Assembly: GCA_030603385.1 (NCBI GenBank)
Contig: JAUVXW010000005.1
Coordinates: 1-64,000 of the forward strand
Reading direction: 5' to 3'
Length of the DNA: 64,000 bases
Source of the DNA: Promethearchaeota archaeon
GTDB lineage: Archaea > Asgardarchaeota > Lokiarchaeia > Sigyniarchaeales > SOKP01
In this document: positions 10,871 to 20,889 of the stretch, one piece after another
How positions within the stretch are numbered: the stretch's first letter is position 1
Layout of the letters: every line of letters starts with the position of its first letter
Made by a program: the position numbers and the translations under genes
The notes under the pieces: model-generated
Seen by the model: only the letters and a program-made list of their open reading frames with translations
Told to the model about the DNA's origin: nothing
The model's database searches: none

Positions 10871-11254
10871 TTAAATTGGGATTAAAACCCCATTAAGTGC
10901 TCCATGTTGACCAGGACGACTTGTTATTCTTGCATTACCTAACTCAGTCTCAACCATCGCTCCTTTTGTTAAGACGTGTCTTCTATTCAAATCTTTTGAA
11001 GCAGCATTACTTTCAAATCCCAAAATCCTAACCTTTGAGGTTTTATTTGAATTAGGGTCGGTAACATTAATAAACTTTGTAGAAAATAATTTGAGTTTAG
11101 AGTTTCCACCCAAAACACGGTGTTTTTTAACTTTATAATCACCTATTTCTGTATTTATTGTAGGACGAGCAAGTTCTCGGTTCCTTTTCTTTCTAAAATG
11201 TTTATATTTTTTACCTGTGTATTTTCTTTTACTTCGAGCGTGACTTCTTGCCAT
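10871..11254 (-). CDS. rps8e: 30S ribosomal protein eS8
   Basis: RVLGGNSK, LTKGAMVETELGNARITSRPGQHG. Confidence 0.97.
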   Translation of the reverse strand: MARSHARSKRKYTGKKYKHFRKKRNRELARPTINTEIGDYKVKKHRVLGGNSKLKLFSTKFINVTDPNSNKTSKVRILGFESNAASKDLNRRHVLTKGAMVETELGNARITSRPGQHGALNGVLIPI

Positions 11255-11434
11255 AAAATATTTACCAAAGAGAATATTACTGAATATTATTGATAAAAGA
11301 AGGATATCTTTAAAATTTTTTTAAAAAGTGAACTAAATTATGTTTTATTAAGGAAAAATAAATATAGAAATAATTTTTATTTAACTTATATCAATCTTTA
11401 GTAATCGATTATAGCAGAAATTGTTTGAACTAAA

Positions 11435-12076
11435 ATGATGAATGATAATCCAAATCAAAATATTTACGATGAAAAAGTGTATGAAAAAATTATTAAATCC
11501 GGTACTACAACGGTAGCAATAATTGTTAAGGATGGTGTTGTAATTGGTACCGAAAGCCAGGCCTCAGCAGGTTTTACTGTCGCTTCTAAGCAAGCTCAAA
11601 AACTATTTCAAATAAATAATTTCACAGCTACTACGATCGCTGGGGGTGTTGCTGATTGTCAATACGTTGTCAATCAATTAAAAGCACTATCTCGATTAAA
11701 AGAAGTGGATGAAGGAATTGTTCCAGAACCTAAATATATCGCAAGCATTACTCGTAATATTCTTTTCTCAGGTCGTGGTTTTTTCATTAGTATGATGATC
11801 GTGGGAGGTTTTTCCCAAACAGAAAAATCTGGTAATCTTTTCGGCATTGATATGTTAGGAACACTCTATTCTGAACCAGAATTCCTTTCTTTCGGTTCAG
11901 GTTCACCATTTTCTTTAGGTGTCTTAGAAGCAGATTGGAAACCAAATATGACGAAAGCTAAGGGAATTGATCTTATAAAAATGGCAATAACAAGCTCAAG
12001 AGAGAGGGACGCTGGTTCTGGATTTGAGCTACAAATCTGTACTATTGATAAAACTGGTTTTAAACAAATTGAATAA
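11435..12076 (+). CDS. psmB: Proteasome subunit beta
   Basis: Propeptide followed by G|TTT catalytic Thr; AGGVAD, GSGS, RDAGSG. Confidence 0.95.
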   Translation: MMNDNPNQNIYDEKVYEKIIKSGTTTVAIIVKDGVVIGTESQASAGFTVASKQAQKLFQINNFTATTIAGGVADCQYVVNQLKALSRLKEVDEGIVPEPKYIASITRNILFSGRGFFISMMIVGGFSQTEKSGNLFGIDMLGTLYSEPEFLSFGSGSPFSLGVLEADWKPNMTKAKGIDLIKMAITSSRERDAGSGFELQICTIDKTGFKQIE

Positions 12077-12142
12077 ATTCTATTTCATTCTTCTTCTCTG
12101 AATGACTATAAAGGTGCATCAATTTTTTCTCTAAATTGGTCA

Positions 12143-12212
12143 TTTTATATTTCTTTAAATTTTTCTTCACAATAATACAAATTGAAGAATTTAAAATTGA
12201 GATTAGATGTAA
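12143..12212. repeat. Dispersed ~70-bp imperfect direct repeat, copy 1
   Basis: Ungapped alignment to 16833-16902, 60/70 identities counted by hand. Confidence 0.75.
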
Positions 12213-12306
12213 GATGTAAGATGGATTTATCACCATAATTTGCTTGGAGATATAGAAACTTGGATGATATATATGAATATCGCTAACGAAATAGTCTGGA
12301 AAGATT

Positions 12307-12462
12307 TTATTTAGGATTATTAAAGTTTACTACTTCAACTCCTTTTTTTTTCAGATCTTTAATAGTTTCTTCTGTAAGACAATTATTAAATTCTAACCTT
12401 TTTAATCTTTTTAATAGCAGAATATGTTTAGGATTAATTAAATTAGAAGAGATAATTCTCAA
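12307..12462 (-). pseudogene. Short ORF resembling the C-terminal end of a leucine-rich-repeat protein (probable remnant)
   Basis: LRIISSNLINPKHILLLKRLKRLEFNNCLTEETIKDLKKKGVEVVNFNNPK*: LxxLxxLxLxxN-like segment plus a cap-like KKKGVEV; no upstream ATG. Confidence 0.35.
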
Positions 12463-12662
12463 GTATGTGGATTATTCTAATTTCTGGTAGGGGTATAAAT
12501 TTTTTTTTATAATGAATTTATTAGTATATTCATATTAATGCTTCGGGGAGTCCTCAGCCACATACTATACCATGCCGTCAAGTCACTCTTGAAAATATCG
12601 GTAAGAGTTCTAATATTTCAATGTGAAAGGTATATTTAATAGAGATTAATCCCATTTGAAAC

Positions 12663-13118
12663 ATGATAACAATGAAGAAAAAATGTAAAAATTGTGCTTA
12701 TTATCGTCGTTCTTTATTAGGCATTGAATACTGTGTAGTTGATGTTCAAAAAGTGTGGTTGGAAAAAAGAAGAAAAAGACATGAAATAATGTGTGATCGA
12801 TTTATTTCATTGAAAAGAAAAGAGAGAAAGGAATTAATGAAAAAAACTCGTTCTTTAGAAAAAGAAATAGTATCCCGATGGGGTATAAATTATGTAGAAA
12901 ATTATCAACGAAAAATTAGGATCATGGAATCTCTGTTGGAACGTGCTAAGAATTTAACTCCAGAAAGGAAAGAAAAACTTTATGCAATATTGAAAGATTT
13001 AAAAAAAAGAGAATTAGAAAAAAGAAAAACACCTAAAAGGGTATGCATACACTGTGGAAAACATATTCCTTTAAAAGCAAATTTTTGTAGTAGATGTGGC
13101 AATAAGGTTGAAAATTAG
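12663..13118 (+). CDS. Basic hypothetical protein with N-terminal Cys cluster and C-terminal double Zn-ribbon
   Basis: CKNC...C...C at the N-terminus; CIHC...CSRC at the C-terminus. Confidence 0.65.
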   Translation: MITMKKKCKNCAYYRRSLLGIEYCVVDVQKVWLEKRRKRHEIMCDRFISLKRKERKELMKKTRSLEKEIVSRWGINYVENYQRKIRIMESLLERAKNLTPERKEKLYAILKDLKKRELEKRKTPKRVCIHCGKHIPLKANFCSRCGNKVEN

Positions 13119-13378
13119 ACCGTTAAGAATTGTTGATTTTGATTAATATTGTTTAAGAATATAGTTTAAGATTGTTTAAGTCTTAAACAAAATTAAATGT
13201 GGTTTTTTCAATGGATTTTTAAAAAATGAATTCTTACCTATATTAACCATTGGAAAGAAACTTTTTTCCTATTTCATTATTCGGTGTTTCTCAATGGGTT
13301 ATTTTCTAAAATTGGCTAAAATTTGGCTAAAATATGATTCAGATTAGATTTTAAAAAAAATTTAACCTATAAAAAAAA

Positions 13379-13894
13379 TTATAAATAATTCCGATTATTT
13401 GCTATGTTTATATGTAAATCAACTTGTAATAATTCTTTATTGTAATATATAAATCCATTGATCTCTTCCGTACTCATATCCATAATTGTCCAAATTTGAT
13501 TTTTAAATGGATTTTTTTTTTTTCCTATATCCTCATCAAGATACCTCATATTTTCTATATCAATTGAACTCGGGTATGGAGGAACGGGATGTGAATGAAA
13601 TATACTTATCATTCTTAACTGTCTATTGTAAACCGCATCCTGATGTATTTCAAAATACTTATCAGAATCTTCAATTAAAGCAAATGAACCATACGATTCG
13701 ATGTTTGATTTTAAACAATAGAATTGTTTTCCAATATAATGAATTTGGAAATTTTCTTTTGCGGTCTCAATCTTTTTTATATCTCCAAAAATGAGCCCAC
13801 AAGCTTCAGTAGGGGCTGCGTTTCTATTACATTCTTTCAATTCTGCCACAATTTTTTCAGTTAACACTAAAATTATATCTTTTTCAACATTCAT
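13379..13894 (-). CDS. JAMM/MPN+ (Mov34/JAB) metalloisopeptidase
   Basis: EACG...FHSHP-x4-PSSID, the JAMM motif (E-x-HxH-x7-S-x2-D). Confidence 0.9.
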   Translation of the reverse strand: MNVEKDIILVLTEKIVAELKECNRNAAPTEACGLIFGDIKKIETAKENFQIHYIGKQFYCLKSNIESYGSFALIEDSDKYFEIHQDAVYNRQLRMISIFHSHPVPPYPSSIDIENMRYLDEDIGKKKNPFKNQIWTIMDMSTEEINGFIYYNKELLQVDLHINIANNRNYL

Positions 13895-13915
13895 CTTTTA
13901 ATCTCATCAAATTAT

Positions 13916-14599
13916 TTAAGTTAGTGTCAAAGCAGCATTAAGTGTTGCTAACCTTGCTTTTTGAGGGCTATCACCAGATCCGATTGCAATAACATCGTTC
14001 TTCTCTAATTTAATATTTTCTTTAGATAATTCTGATTCAAAATAAGTATGAAGGGCTTTATTAACAACCATATCATTATCAATACGTTCTAAATGGGATT
14101 TTGAAGGAAAAATTAAGTATTCACCATTAAATACCAAACAAGTTGCTCCGGAGCCGCTTATTTTAATAGCAGCATCTCTTTGGGAAATACCATTTGATAT
14201 TTTGTGAACTGCGTTTTTTATTAAACAGAAATAAGTATATATTATTTCAGTTTCTATAATAATATCTTTAAGTATTGATGATTTACCTTCTTTAATAATT
14301 GGTATAACTTTTTTAATTTTATTTAAATATTCTAAACCTGCTTCTGTTAAGAAATGTCCTTTTCGTTTTCTTTCATCTGTTACATTGATAAATTTGATAT
14401 TCTTATTTAACTTCTTAATCAAAGATTTAGCGGTTCCTTCGCCAATTAATAATTCTTTTTGTAACCGGTATCTTCCAATACCATCCCGATTTTCATCAAA
14501 TATGAATAAAGCTAATAAAACATGAACTTTCTCAAATGTTGGTCTAATTGTAGAGCTTTGAAATAGAGTATCTAATTCTTCAAACATTAATAGATTCAA
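13916..14599 (-). CDS. wHTH + DUF4443-like protein
   Basis: IGRYRLQKELLIGEGTAKSL...GHFLT winged helix; QRDAAIKISGSGAT C-terminal domain. Confidence 0.75.
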   Translation of the reverse strand: MNLLMFEELDTLFQSSTIRPTFEKVHVLLALFIFDENRDGIGRYRLQKELLIGEGTAKSLIKKLNKNIKFINVTDERKRKGHFLTEAGLEYLNKIKKVIPIIKEGKSSILKDIIIETEIIYTYFCLIKNAVHKISNGISQRDAAIKISGSGATCLVFNGEYLIFPSKSHLERIDNDMVVNKALHTYFESELSKENIKLEKNDVIAIGSGDSPQKARLATLNAALTLT

Positions 14600-14726
14600 G
14601 TATAAATAAGTAATTAAAGTAAAAAAATTAATATTAAAAAATATAAATCAAATTGCCATATTATTATTTATCAAAAAATAAGAAATTCAATACCCATTTT
14701 ACAAAATTAATTTCTCTTAAACCAAA

Positions 14727-15716
14727 ATGACTGGTAAAAAGGAAAAAACAAACCCTGACTTAATACAAAACCTCGTAATTTTCAAAGGTAAAGTAACAGC
14801 TAAAATTAAAAAGCCTGATAAATTCACATTTGAATCAATTGACCAAGAAGATAAAGTAAAAATATTAAGTGATTTTAAACCCTATGGAAGTCATTACGTT
14901 CTTTCAATTCAATTATTAAATGAAAGTTTGGCACCAATTTCTGAAGTAAAAATTAAAATTAGCTTTCCAACGTTTTTTACGCTTACCAGAAGTTATCCTC
15001 CTACTATATACATACCTGAATCTTTTGAAGAAGCGGGTTTGTTAAAAATAAATATTGAATTTGATGAATTAAACGAAAGAAGTTCAAAACAGATAAATTT
15101 ACATTTTACTCCTGTATCATTAGGTAATGAAGGAGAAATAAGAACTATTGTCACTTATGTTAATAATAAAGATTTTGTTAGAGTCTTAGATTCAAACCCA
15201 GTAGTAATCATGCTGGATAAAATAACCATTAATCCTAAAATAATTCCTAGTTCCTATATCAGAGAATTTTCTCAAATTCCAGGTATGAAGAGAGCAATTA
15301 AAAGCCTTGGAGTTGGAATATTAGGTAAGGGTGATCCTGATTTATATATCAATATTTTAGAACAAATATTTTTAAGGAACGACCTCCAATTAATAGCAAA
15401 AGATCCAGATAAAAGAATTCTCTGGTATTTTGGTGCTGAATTAGAATCGAGAGATGATGTTTTAGTAATCGGTCAAATAGTGGCGGATAAGGTAGAGTTA
15501 ATCGCTACTTCAAAGAATCATCATATACTTATCTCATTTTTAACATTATTTTCTAATGAGTTTAAAGAGCATATCCTCGTAAGAGAATTTGTATCCTCTC
15601 TAGATCAGATTTACGATTTAGAATGTAAGTATTGTGGAGCTATTCTTCCTTATTTTCCTAAAAAAGGAGAAGAAATCGTATGTAGTAAATGTAATTATGA
15701 ACAAAAAGTATGGTAA
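14727..15716 (+). CDS. Hypothetical protein: Ig-like sandwich + alpha/beta platform (adaptin-appendage-like) + C-terminal Zn-ribbon
   Basis: Beta-rich N-terminal half (LSIQLLNES...ISEVKI), alpha/beta middle, CKYC...CSKC. Confidence 0.5.
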   Translation: MTGKKEKTNPDLIQNLVIFKGKVTAKIKKPDKFTFESIDQEDKVKILSDFKPYGSHYVLSIQLLNESLAPISEVKIKISFPTFFTLTRSYPPTIYIPESFEEAGLLKINIEFDELNERSSKQINLHFTPVSLGNEGEIRTIVTYVNNKDFVRVLDSNPVVIMLDKITINPKIIPSSYIREFSQIPGMKRAIKSLGVGILGKGDPDLYINILEQIFLRNDLQLIAKDPDKRILWYFGAELESRDDVLVIGQIVADKVELIATSKNHHILISFLTLFSNEFKEHILVREFVSSLDQIYDLECKYCGAILPYFPKKGEEIVCSKCNYEQKVW

Positions 15717-15791
15717 ATACTATTTTGGCAACAGAGAATATATTAAATTATCTTATCTTACGAAAATAAAAAAAAAAAGTTTAGGTTAATT

Positions 15792-16532
15792 TTACTTAAC
15801 TCTCTTTTTATGGATATAAATCAATGAAAGAATTGCTAGACCTGTAAATATTAAAAAGAAATTCCCATAGGATATAGCTGGAACACCGCCAGATCCCTGC
15901 AATTCTAAGACATACTGATAAATACCATCACTATACTCACCACTGTAAGAAACTATTAATTTATGGCCTATATAATTACTAAACTCCCACATATATAACA
16001 AATCAGATGAAGGATCTTCTCCATGAACACTAGTTAGTTTACCATAATATACCATACTTCCCATGCTACCAAAGTTATAAGTATGATCAAAGTAATACCT
16101 AATACCATCCGCAAAATTCGTAGCATAATTTTTAGGGGCAAAAAAACAATGATCGTAAAATGGGGCATAAAAAGAGAAATTTTTTTTTTGTATATGTTCA
16201 AAATAAATAAATCTTTCGTTATTTAATCGTACCTCTGCAACTTCACCTGCACTAGTATATCTTGTGATTGTGGCATTTAATTCAGTAGCATCACCGCTAA
16301 GCATTGATCTGATAGAAGTTATCTTAATTTCAAATTTAGCACCTACAGGAGGAAAACCAAGACTCTCATTACTTACTTTAACAACCCATGTATATTTCTT
16401 TCCTTCTTTAACACCCCATTCTATATCCTCAGCAGAGGGATGGGGATTCCCATAGCTAAAAGAGATAAATGAAAAGGGTACCATTAAACTAGCTATCACA
16501 AATAAAGTCATTAAAAATTTTTTTGCTTTCAT
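15792..16532 (-). CDS. Secreted surface protein with C-terminal sorting/TM anchor
   Basis: N-terminal signal peptide; WGVKEGKKYTW start of domain; tail PAISYG + TM + KKRVK. Confidence 0.75.
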   Translation of the reverse strand: MKAKKFLMTLFVIASLMVPFSFISFSYGNPHPSAEDIEWGVKEGKKYTWVVKVSNESLGFPPVGAKFEIKITSIRSMLSGDATELNATITRYTSAGEVAEVRLNNERFIYFEHIQKKNFSFYAPFYDHCFFAPKNYATNFADGIRYYFDHTYNFGSMGSMVYYGKLTSVHGEDPSSDLLYMWEFSNYIGHKLIVSYSGEYSDGIYQYVLELQGSGGVPAISYGNFFLIFTGLAILSLIYIHKKRVK

Positions 16533-16832
16533 AATATTGGATTCAAAAATTTATTTTATAAATTAATATTTCACATATAAGTATATAATTATTTCTATTG
16601 GTTTAATGGGGAGAATAATGTAAAATTGCGTACTACCAAATAGTACGTAACCTTGATCGCTTTTATTCTATTATATAAGCGGCGCACGCAAAAAACTTGT
16701 ATTTTTTAGCCATTTAATCCCAATCTATCAGACATTTCTTCCAAATAACATAGTTAGATATCGTTTAAATAAAATCATTATCTCTTACAAGTCGTAAAAA
16801 TTACAAACCCAGCATCTCAATATTTGATTGAG

Positions 16833-16902
16833 TTTTTTATTTCTTTAAATCTTTCCTCACAATAATCTAATTTGAAGAATTAAAAACGGAGATTAAATGT
16901 AA
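16833..16902. repeat. Dispersed ~70-bp imperfect direct repeat, copy 2
   Basis: Matches 12143-12212 (60/70). Confidence 0.75.
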
Positions 16903-17171
16903 TAATACTAAGGATTAACGAAAAACGTCTTTCTATAAAAAATTCCAAACTTGCACGAGATTGATCATCTTCTTAATTTCGAATTTTATCGTTAAACTTT
17001 TTTTATTTTTTTCTTAATTAATCCAAGTTTATATCAAAATCTTTAAATAGGTAAAAGATCTTTCAATATATAACAAACTCTTTAAAAATAAAATTTAAAA
17101 TAAAAAAATGGATTTTATTGGTTTATCTTTAAGGAGATTAACCGAATTAATTATAAAGTGGAGGAAAAAAT

Positions 17172-17381
17172 ATGTCTGATTATATTAGTTGGAGTCCTAT
17201 TCGAAGATTAATGAAACACAATGGAGCCGTTATCGTCGCACGTGATGCCGTCAATGAATTAGTTGATTGGATGAGTAAATCAGCTGAGAAACTTACAAAA
17301 ACTGCTTTAACATTAACCAAACACTCTAAAAGAAAGAAAGTGACTCGAAACGATATCCTAATGGCTATTAAATACTTCTAA
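17172..17381 (+). CDS. Archaeal histone (histone fold, no tail)
   Basis: PIRRLMK-x-GAVIVARDAV...HSKRKKVTRNDI histone-fold pattern; GGAGG upstream. Confidence 0.92.
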   Translation: MSDYISWSPIRRLMKHNGAVIVARDAVNELVDWMSKSAEKLTKTALTLTKHSKRKKVTRNDILMAIKYF

Positions 17382-17430
17382 ATTAGAAGATCTATAGGTT
17401 AAAACCTTAATAAACAAAATATCTTTTTAA

Positions 17431-17449
17431 TTTTTTTTTTCTTTTTTTT
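17431..17449 (+). terminator. Oligo-T terminator downstream of the histone gene
   Basis: T10-C-T8 tract about 50 bp after the stop codon. Confidence 0.5.
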
Positions 17450-17489
17450 ATCTAAATTTAATGTCAAATTATTGAAGTTATTTGATATC

Positions 17490-18257
17490 TTAATGAAGAA
17501 CAACTCCACCACATACACTTATAATTTGACCAGTCATGTAGTTTGAATCGTTTGAAACCAAGAAAGAAATTATTCCCGCAACATCTTCAGCTGTTCCCAC
17601 TCTTCTTAAGAGAGGCTTCATATTTATCGCATTCCAAAAATTTCGAATTAAATTTGGATCATTGTTATATATTGGTGTGATATGATACCCAGGACAAATT
17701 GCGTTCGCTGTTATTACAGGCGCTAATTCTTTGGCCAAAATTTTTGTTAAAGCTATGAGTGCCGCTTTACTACAGCTATATATTCCGATACCCGGCATTG
17801 GCTCTAATCCGGCAATGGAAGACACATTAACAATTTTTCCTCTAAGAGGTTTTAAATTTCTCTGGTTTTTCATAACTTTCGCGGCGTATTTCGACACTAA
17901 TCAAGCTCCTTTAAAATTTATATCCATTATTTTTTGCATATCTTCTTCAGAAATATCAAGAATCGAGGAACTTATTCCACTAATTCCCGCGTTATTGATA
18001 ACTCCATGAAGCTCCTTCTTTTCAGTAACAATTTCTGAAATCATAGATGAAACAAAATTAGAATCAGATACATCTCCTGCTTTTATTAAAACATCAATTT
18101 GAAATTTTTTTAACATTTTTTCAGTTTCGGCCAATTTACTTTCAGTTCTACCGTTTAAAATTATGTTATATCCTTCTTCTGCTAATCGTATTGCCATTGC
18201 TCTGCCGAGACCAGAACCTGAACCTGTAATCAAAATATTTTTAAAATTCACTTTCAT
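17490..18257 (-). pseudogene. SDR (FabG-like) oxidoreductase interrupted by one in-frame TGA (17901-17903)
   Basis: TGSGSGLG and NNAG in the 5' part; NVSS, YSCSK, NAICPG and YMTGQ in the 3' part; both parts in one frame: NFKGA*LVSKY. Confidence 0.85.
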
Positions 18258-18428
18258 TTTTTCCTCATTTTAATAATTAGAATAAATATGAAATATTTAG
18301 ATAATTATAAAAAATTGTATATTTCCATTGTTAATTATTCTTCGTAGTTAGAAGAAAATTTCTCTCTTAGTGATATGTTAAATAAAAAGTGGTTACCTTA
18401 ATTCCTCAAGATTAAATTAAAGCTTCAA

Positions 18429-18890
18429 CTAAACTTTATGTCTTAGATATATTGCCTGTAATCTAAAGGTTTGATAAATATGACCAATTGTGTGATGTAT
18501 GATGAATCCAAACCAATCTTCGTAAGTCATTTCTCTCCCAAAAGGGGATTTAAATGTATTTTTAAGATCTTCTTCCCTATATTTAGTTCTTTCCTCCACA
18601 TAGGCTTCAATTGCTATGTTAAACAAATCTAATAATTGTTCATGCAAAGGAGCGGTAGATTCAGGATCTAATTTTATTGCTATGTCTTTATTGTTTGCAT
18701 CAGGATTGGTCATTTTCTTCATTGCCCAATTTAATAGGGTGATAGAATGTATAAATACATTGAGAGCAGTCTCCTCCCCTTCAAATAACGGATTTTTCAT
18801 AGATTCCTCAAAATGATTATCCTTTCGCTTTTCAAACAAAGTTTTAGCATAATCATATACAAACTTCAAAGATTTGATACTTTCTGGCAT
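18429..18890 (-). CDS. DinB/YfiT superfamily protein
   Basis: Four-helix pattern with His triad: FIH...HHTIGHIYQ. Confidence 0.75.
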   Translation of the reverse strand: MPESIKSLKFVYDYAKTLFEKRKDNHFEESMKNPLFEGEETALNVFIHSITLLNWAMKKMTNPDANNKDIAIKLDPESTAPLHEQLLDLFNIAIEAYVEERTKYREEDLKNTFKSPFGREMTYEDWFGFIIHHTIGHIYQTFRLQAIYLRHKV

Positions 18891-19034
18891 AATTTTTAAT
18901 ATAGGATGTTAAGTTTAAAAATTTTTAGTAAAAAAAATATTCCATTTCTATAGTTTAAATATGTTTAGAATTATAATTAAAAGCTGTAAATAGGAAAGAT
19001 TTTAAAAGATTCTATTGAGATTAATGAGATATAA

Positions 19035-19547
19035 TTAGATTCGTTGATTACTAACCCAGTTCTCCAATTTCACGCCTTTTCTATGGAGTCTTAAATTAAG
19101 AGCTCCTACGTGGAGCATTAAGTGACGAAGATTATAAATTAATGAACTTAAAACGCTATTTCCGTGCCATTCAAAAACAGAACGTTGTATTAATTCATCT
19201 GAAGTTAGATCTTCAAACCGATTTTTAGCTTTTTCTTTAATATCTGATAGGTAATCTAGTAATTGGTCACATGTTAATGTTATTTCTGGTGTTTTATTTA
19301 AATCTTCAAAATGCGATGATGCTTCGCCAAATTTCGATTTGAAACTTTCACGGGTTTTTTTTGAATCCGAAAGATACCAATCCAAAAACCACATCACGTG
19401 ATAAGCTACATGCCAAAATGGGGATCCACTGGTTCTATCATCCCATACTTCTTTTGGGCAACTTTTCAAATTTTGCTCCAACATCGTGATTGCAGCGCCG
19501 TATTGCTCGTGAATAGCATCCGATAATATTTTAAATGTTCTTTTCAT
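19035..19547 (-). CDS. DinB/YfiT superfamily protein
   Basis: FWHVAYH...YNLRHLMLHVGAL metal-binding His motifs. Confidence 0.85.
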   Translation of the reverse strand: MKRTFKILSDAIHEQYGAAITMLEQNLKSCPKEVWDDRTSGSPFWHVAYHVMWFLDWYLSDSKKTRESFKSKFGEASSHFEDLNKTPEITLTCDQLLDYLSDIKEKAKNRFEDLTSDELIQRSVFEWHGNSVLSSLIYNLRHLMLHVGALNLRLHRKGVKLENWVSNQRI

Positions 19548-19748
19548 AATTCACTCAACTAAAAACAATTTTTTATCATTTCTAAGGTCATATTATAATT
19601 TTTAATATTTCTTCTCTTTTAATATTTTTAAATTATCCGATATATTCTAATAGAATCTTTAAATAGAAAAGTTTTTTAAGATTCTAATGAGATTATTTAC
19701 AAGAATAAAGCCCTTAACTTTAAGATTAATAGGAAATAGGACAATACA

Positions 19749-20741
19749 ATGGATAAATTCGACCTAATTAAAAAAGCTTTAAAATCAGAACCCACCGAGA
19801 AAGTTCCCTATGCAATTTGGAAACATTTCCCCGAGTTCGATAAAGGTCCTGAAGGACTTTTAAAGGCGCAGATGGATTTTCAAAATAAATTCGATTCCGA
19901 TATTATGAAAATCTCAATCTCAGGTCGTGCTTTTGCTTCTGATTTTGGAGCGGAATTGGGAGGTTATGATCCAGATTCAGGATCTAGAATTTGTATGAAA
20001 TATCCAATCGAAAGTTTGGAGGATTGGGAGAATGTTAAAAAGGTTGATGTAACAAGGGGTGAATTCGGAAATCAGATTAAAGCAATGAAATTAATTCATC
20101 GGGAAGTTGACGGAAAAGTACCAACCATGATGACTGTTTTTTCTCCTTTTATGGTAGCGTCCCAAATCGATCCGAATGTAATTTCACACTACAGAAAGGA
20201 TCCTCAACTAATTGGGGAACAATTTAAAATAATAATTTCAGCAATGACAGATTTTACAAAAGCTTCACTAGATGCGGGAGCTGATGGCATATTTTTAGCC
20301 ACCCAACATTTTAACAATAAATTAACTGATGAGGAGCGATTAGAACTAGAATTTACACCAATGAAGTCCCTCATTAAAAAAACGTTAAAAAAGTATAATT
20401 TTCTGGTCCTTCATCTCCATGGTGACAATCCTGATTACGAATTGGCAACAAAACTGCCTATAAACGCCATTAACTGGCATGATCAACAAACGGCACCAAA
20501 CCTTTCTGAGGTGAGAAAAATTTTCAAGGGAGGACTTCTCGGAGGATTAAATGCAGAATCATGGAAAGATATATCCAATCCCGAAGATGTTTCATCATTG
20601 ATCTCTTCAGTTTACAAAAACTTTAAAGGTTCGGGATTAATAATCGCTCCCGGTTGTGTTATTCCTCAGTTTGTAAGTGATTCCATAATAGAAACCGCAG
20701 TAAAAACAATTAAAAATCTCAAAAAAATAATTAATGCTTGA
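19749..20741 (+). CDS. Uroporphyrinogen decarboxylase / MtaA-like (URO-D) family protein
   Basis: WKHFP, TVFSPF, AGADGIFLATQ, LHLHG, GLIIAPGC. Confidence 0.85.
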   Translation: MDKFDLIKKALKSEPTEKVPYAIWKHFPEFDKGPEGLLKAQMDFQNKFDSDIMKISISGRAFASDFGAELGGYDPDSGSRICMKYPIESLEDWENVKKVDVTRGEFGNQIKAMKLIHREVDGKVPTMMTVFSPFMVASQIDPNVISHYRKDPQLIGEQFKIIISAMTDFTKASLDAGADGIFLATQHFNNKLTDEERLELEFTPMKSLIKKTLKKYNFLVLHLHGDNPDYELATKLPINAINWHDQQTAPNLSEVRKIFKGGLLGGLNAESWKDISNPEDVSSLISSVYKNFKGSGLIIAPGCVIPQFVSDSIIETAVKTIKNLKKIINA

Positions 20742-20889
20742 GAAATTCGATGATTGGAATAAAAAATTCTTTTCAAAAAATAATTAGGCTAAGAATCATA
20801 TAATCAATTATTAAAATAACAGAAGATTTTTGAAAATTAAGCTGTTGCTTAGATGTATCAAAGAATAGTATTTTTAGTGTGAATTACGA

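Noticed and set aside
9880-11430. SRP RNA near srp19/rps8e
   Set aside because: Intergenic gaps are short and very AT-rich; no GC-rich ~300-nt structured region.
12540-12600. Hammerhead ribozyme (CTGAGGA on the minus strand in a GC-richer patch)
   Set aside because: No GAAA core or supporting stems could be built.
12143-16902. Integrated element bounded by att-like direct repeats
   Set aside because: The repeats are only 86% identical, there is no integrase or tRNA target, and the enclosed genes look chromosomal.
17490-18257. Selenocysteine or genetic-code reassignment at the SDR TGA
   Set aside because: The position is not a catalytic Cys site, no SECIS was recognised, and TGA is a normal stop in other genes here (e.g. 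5093, 20741, 28778).
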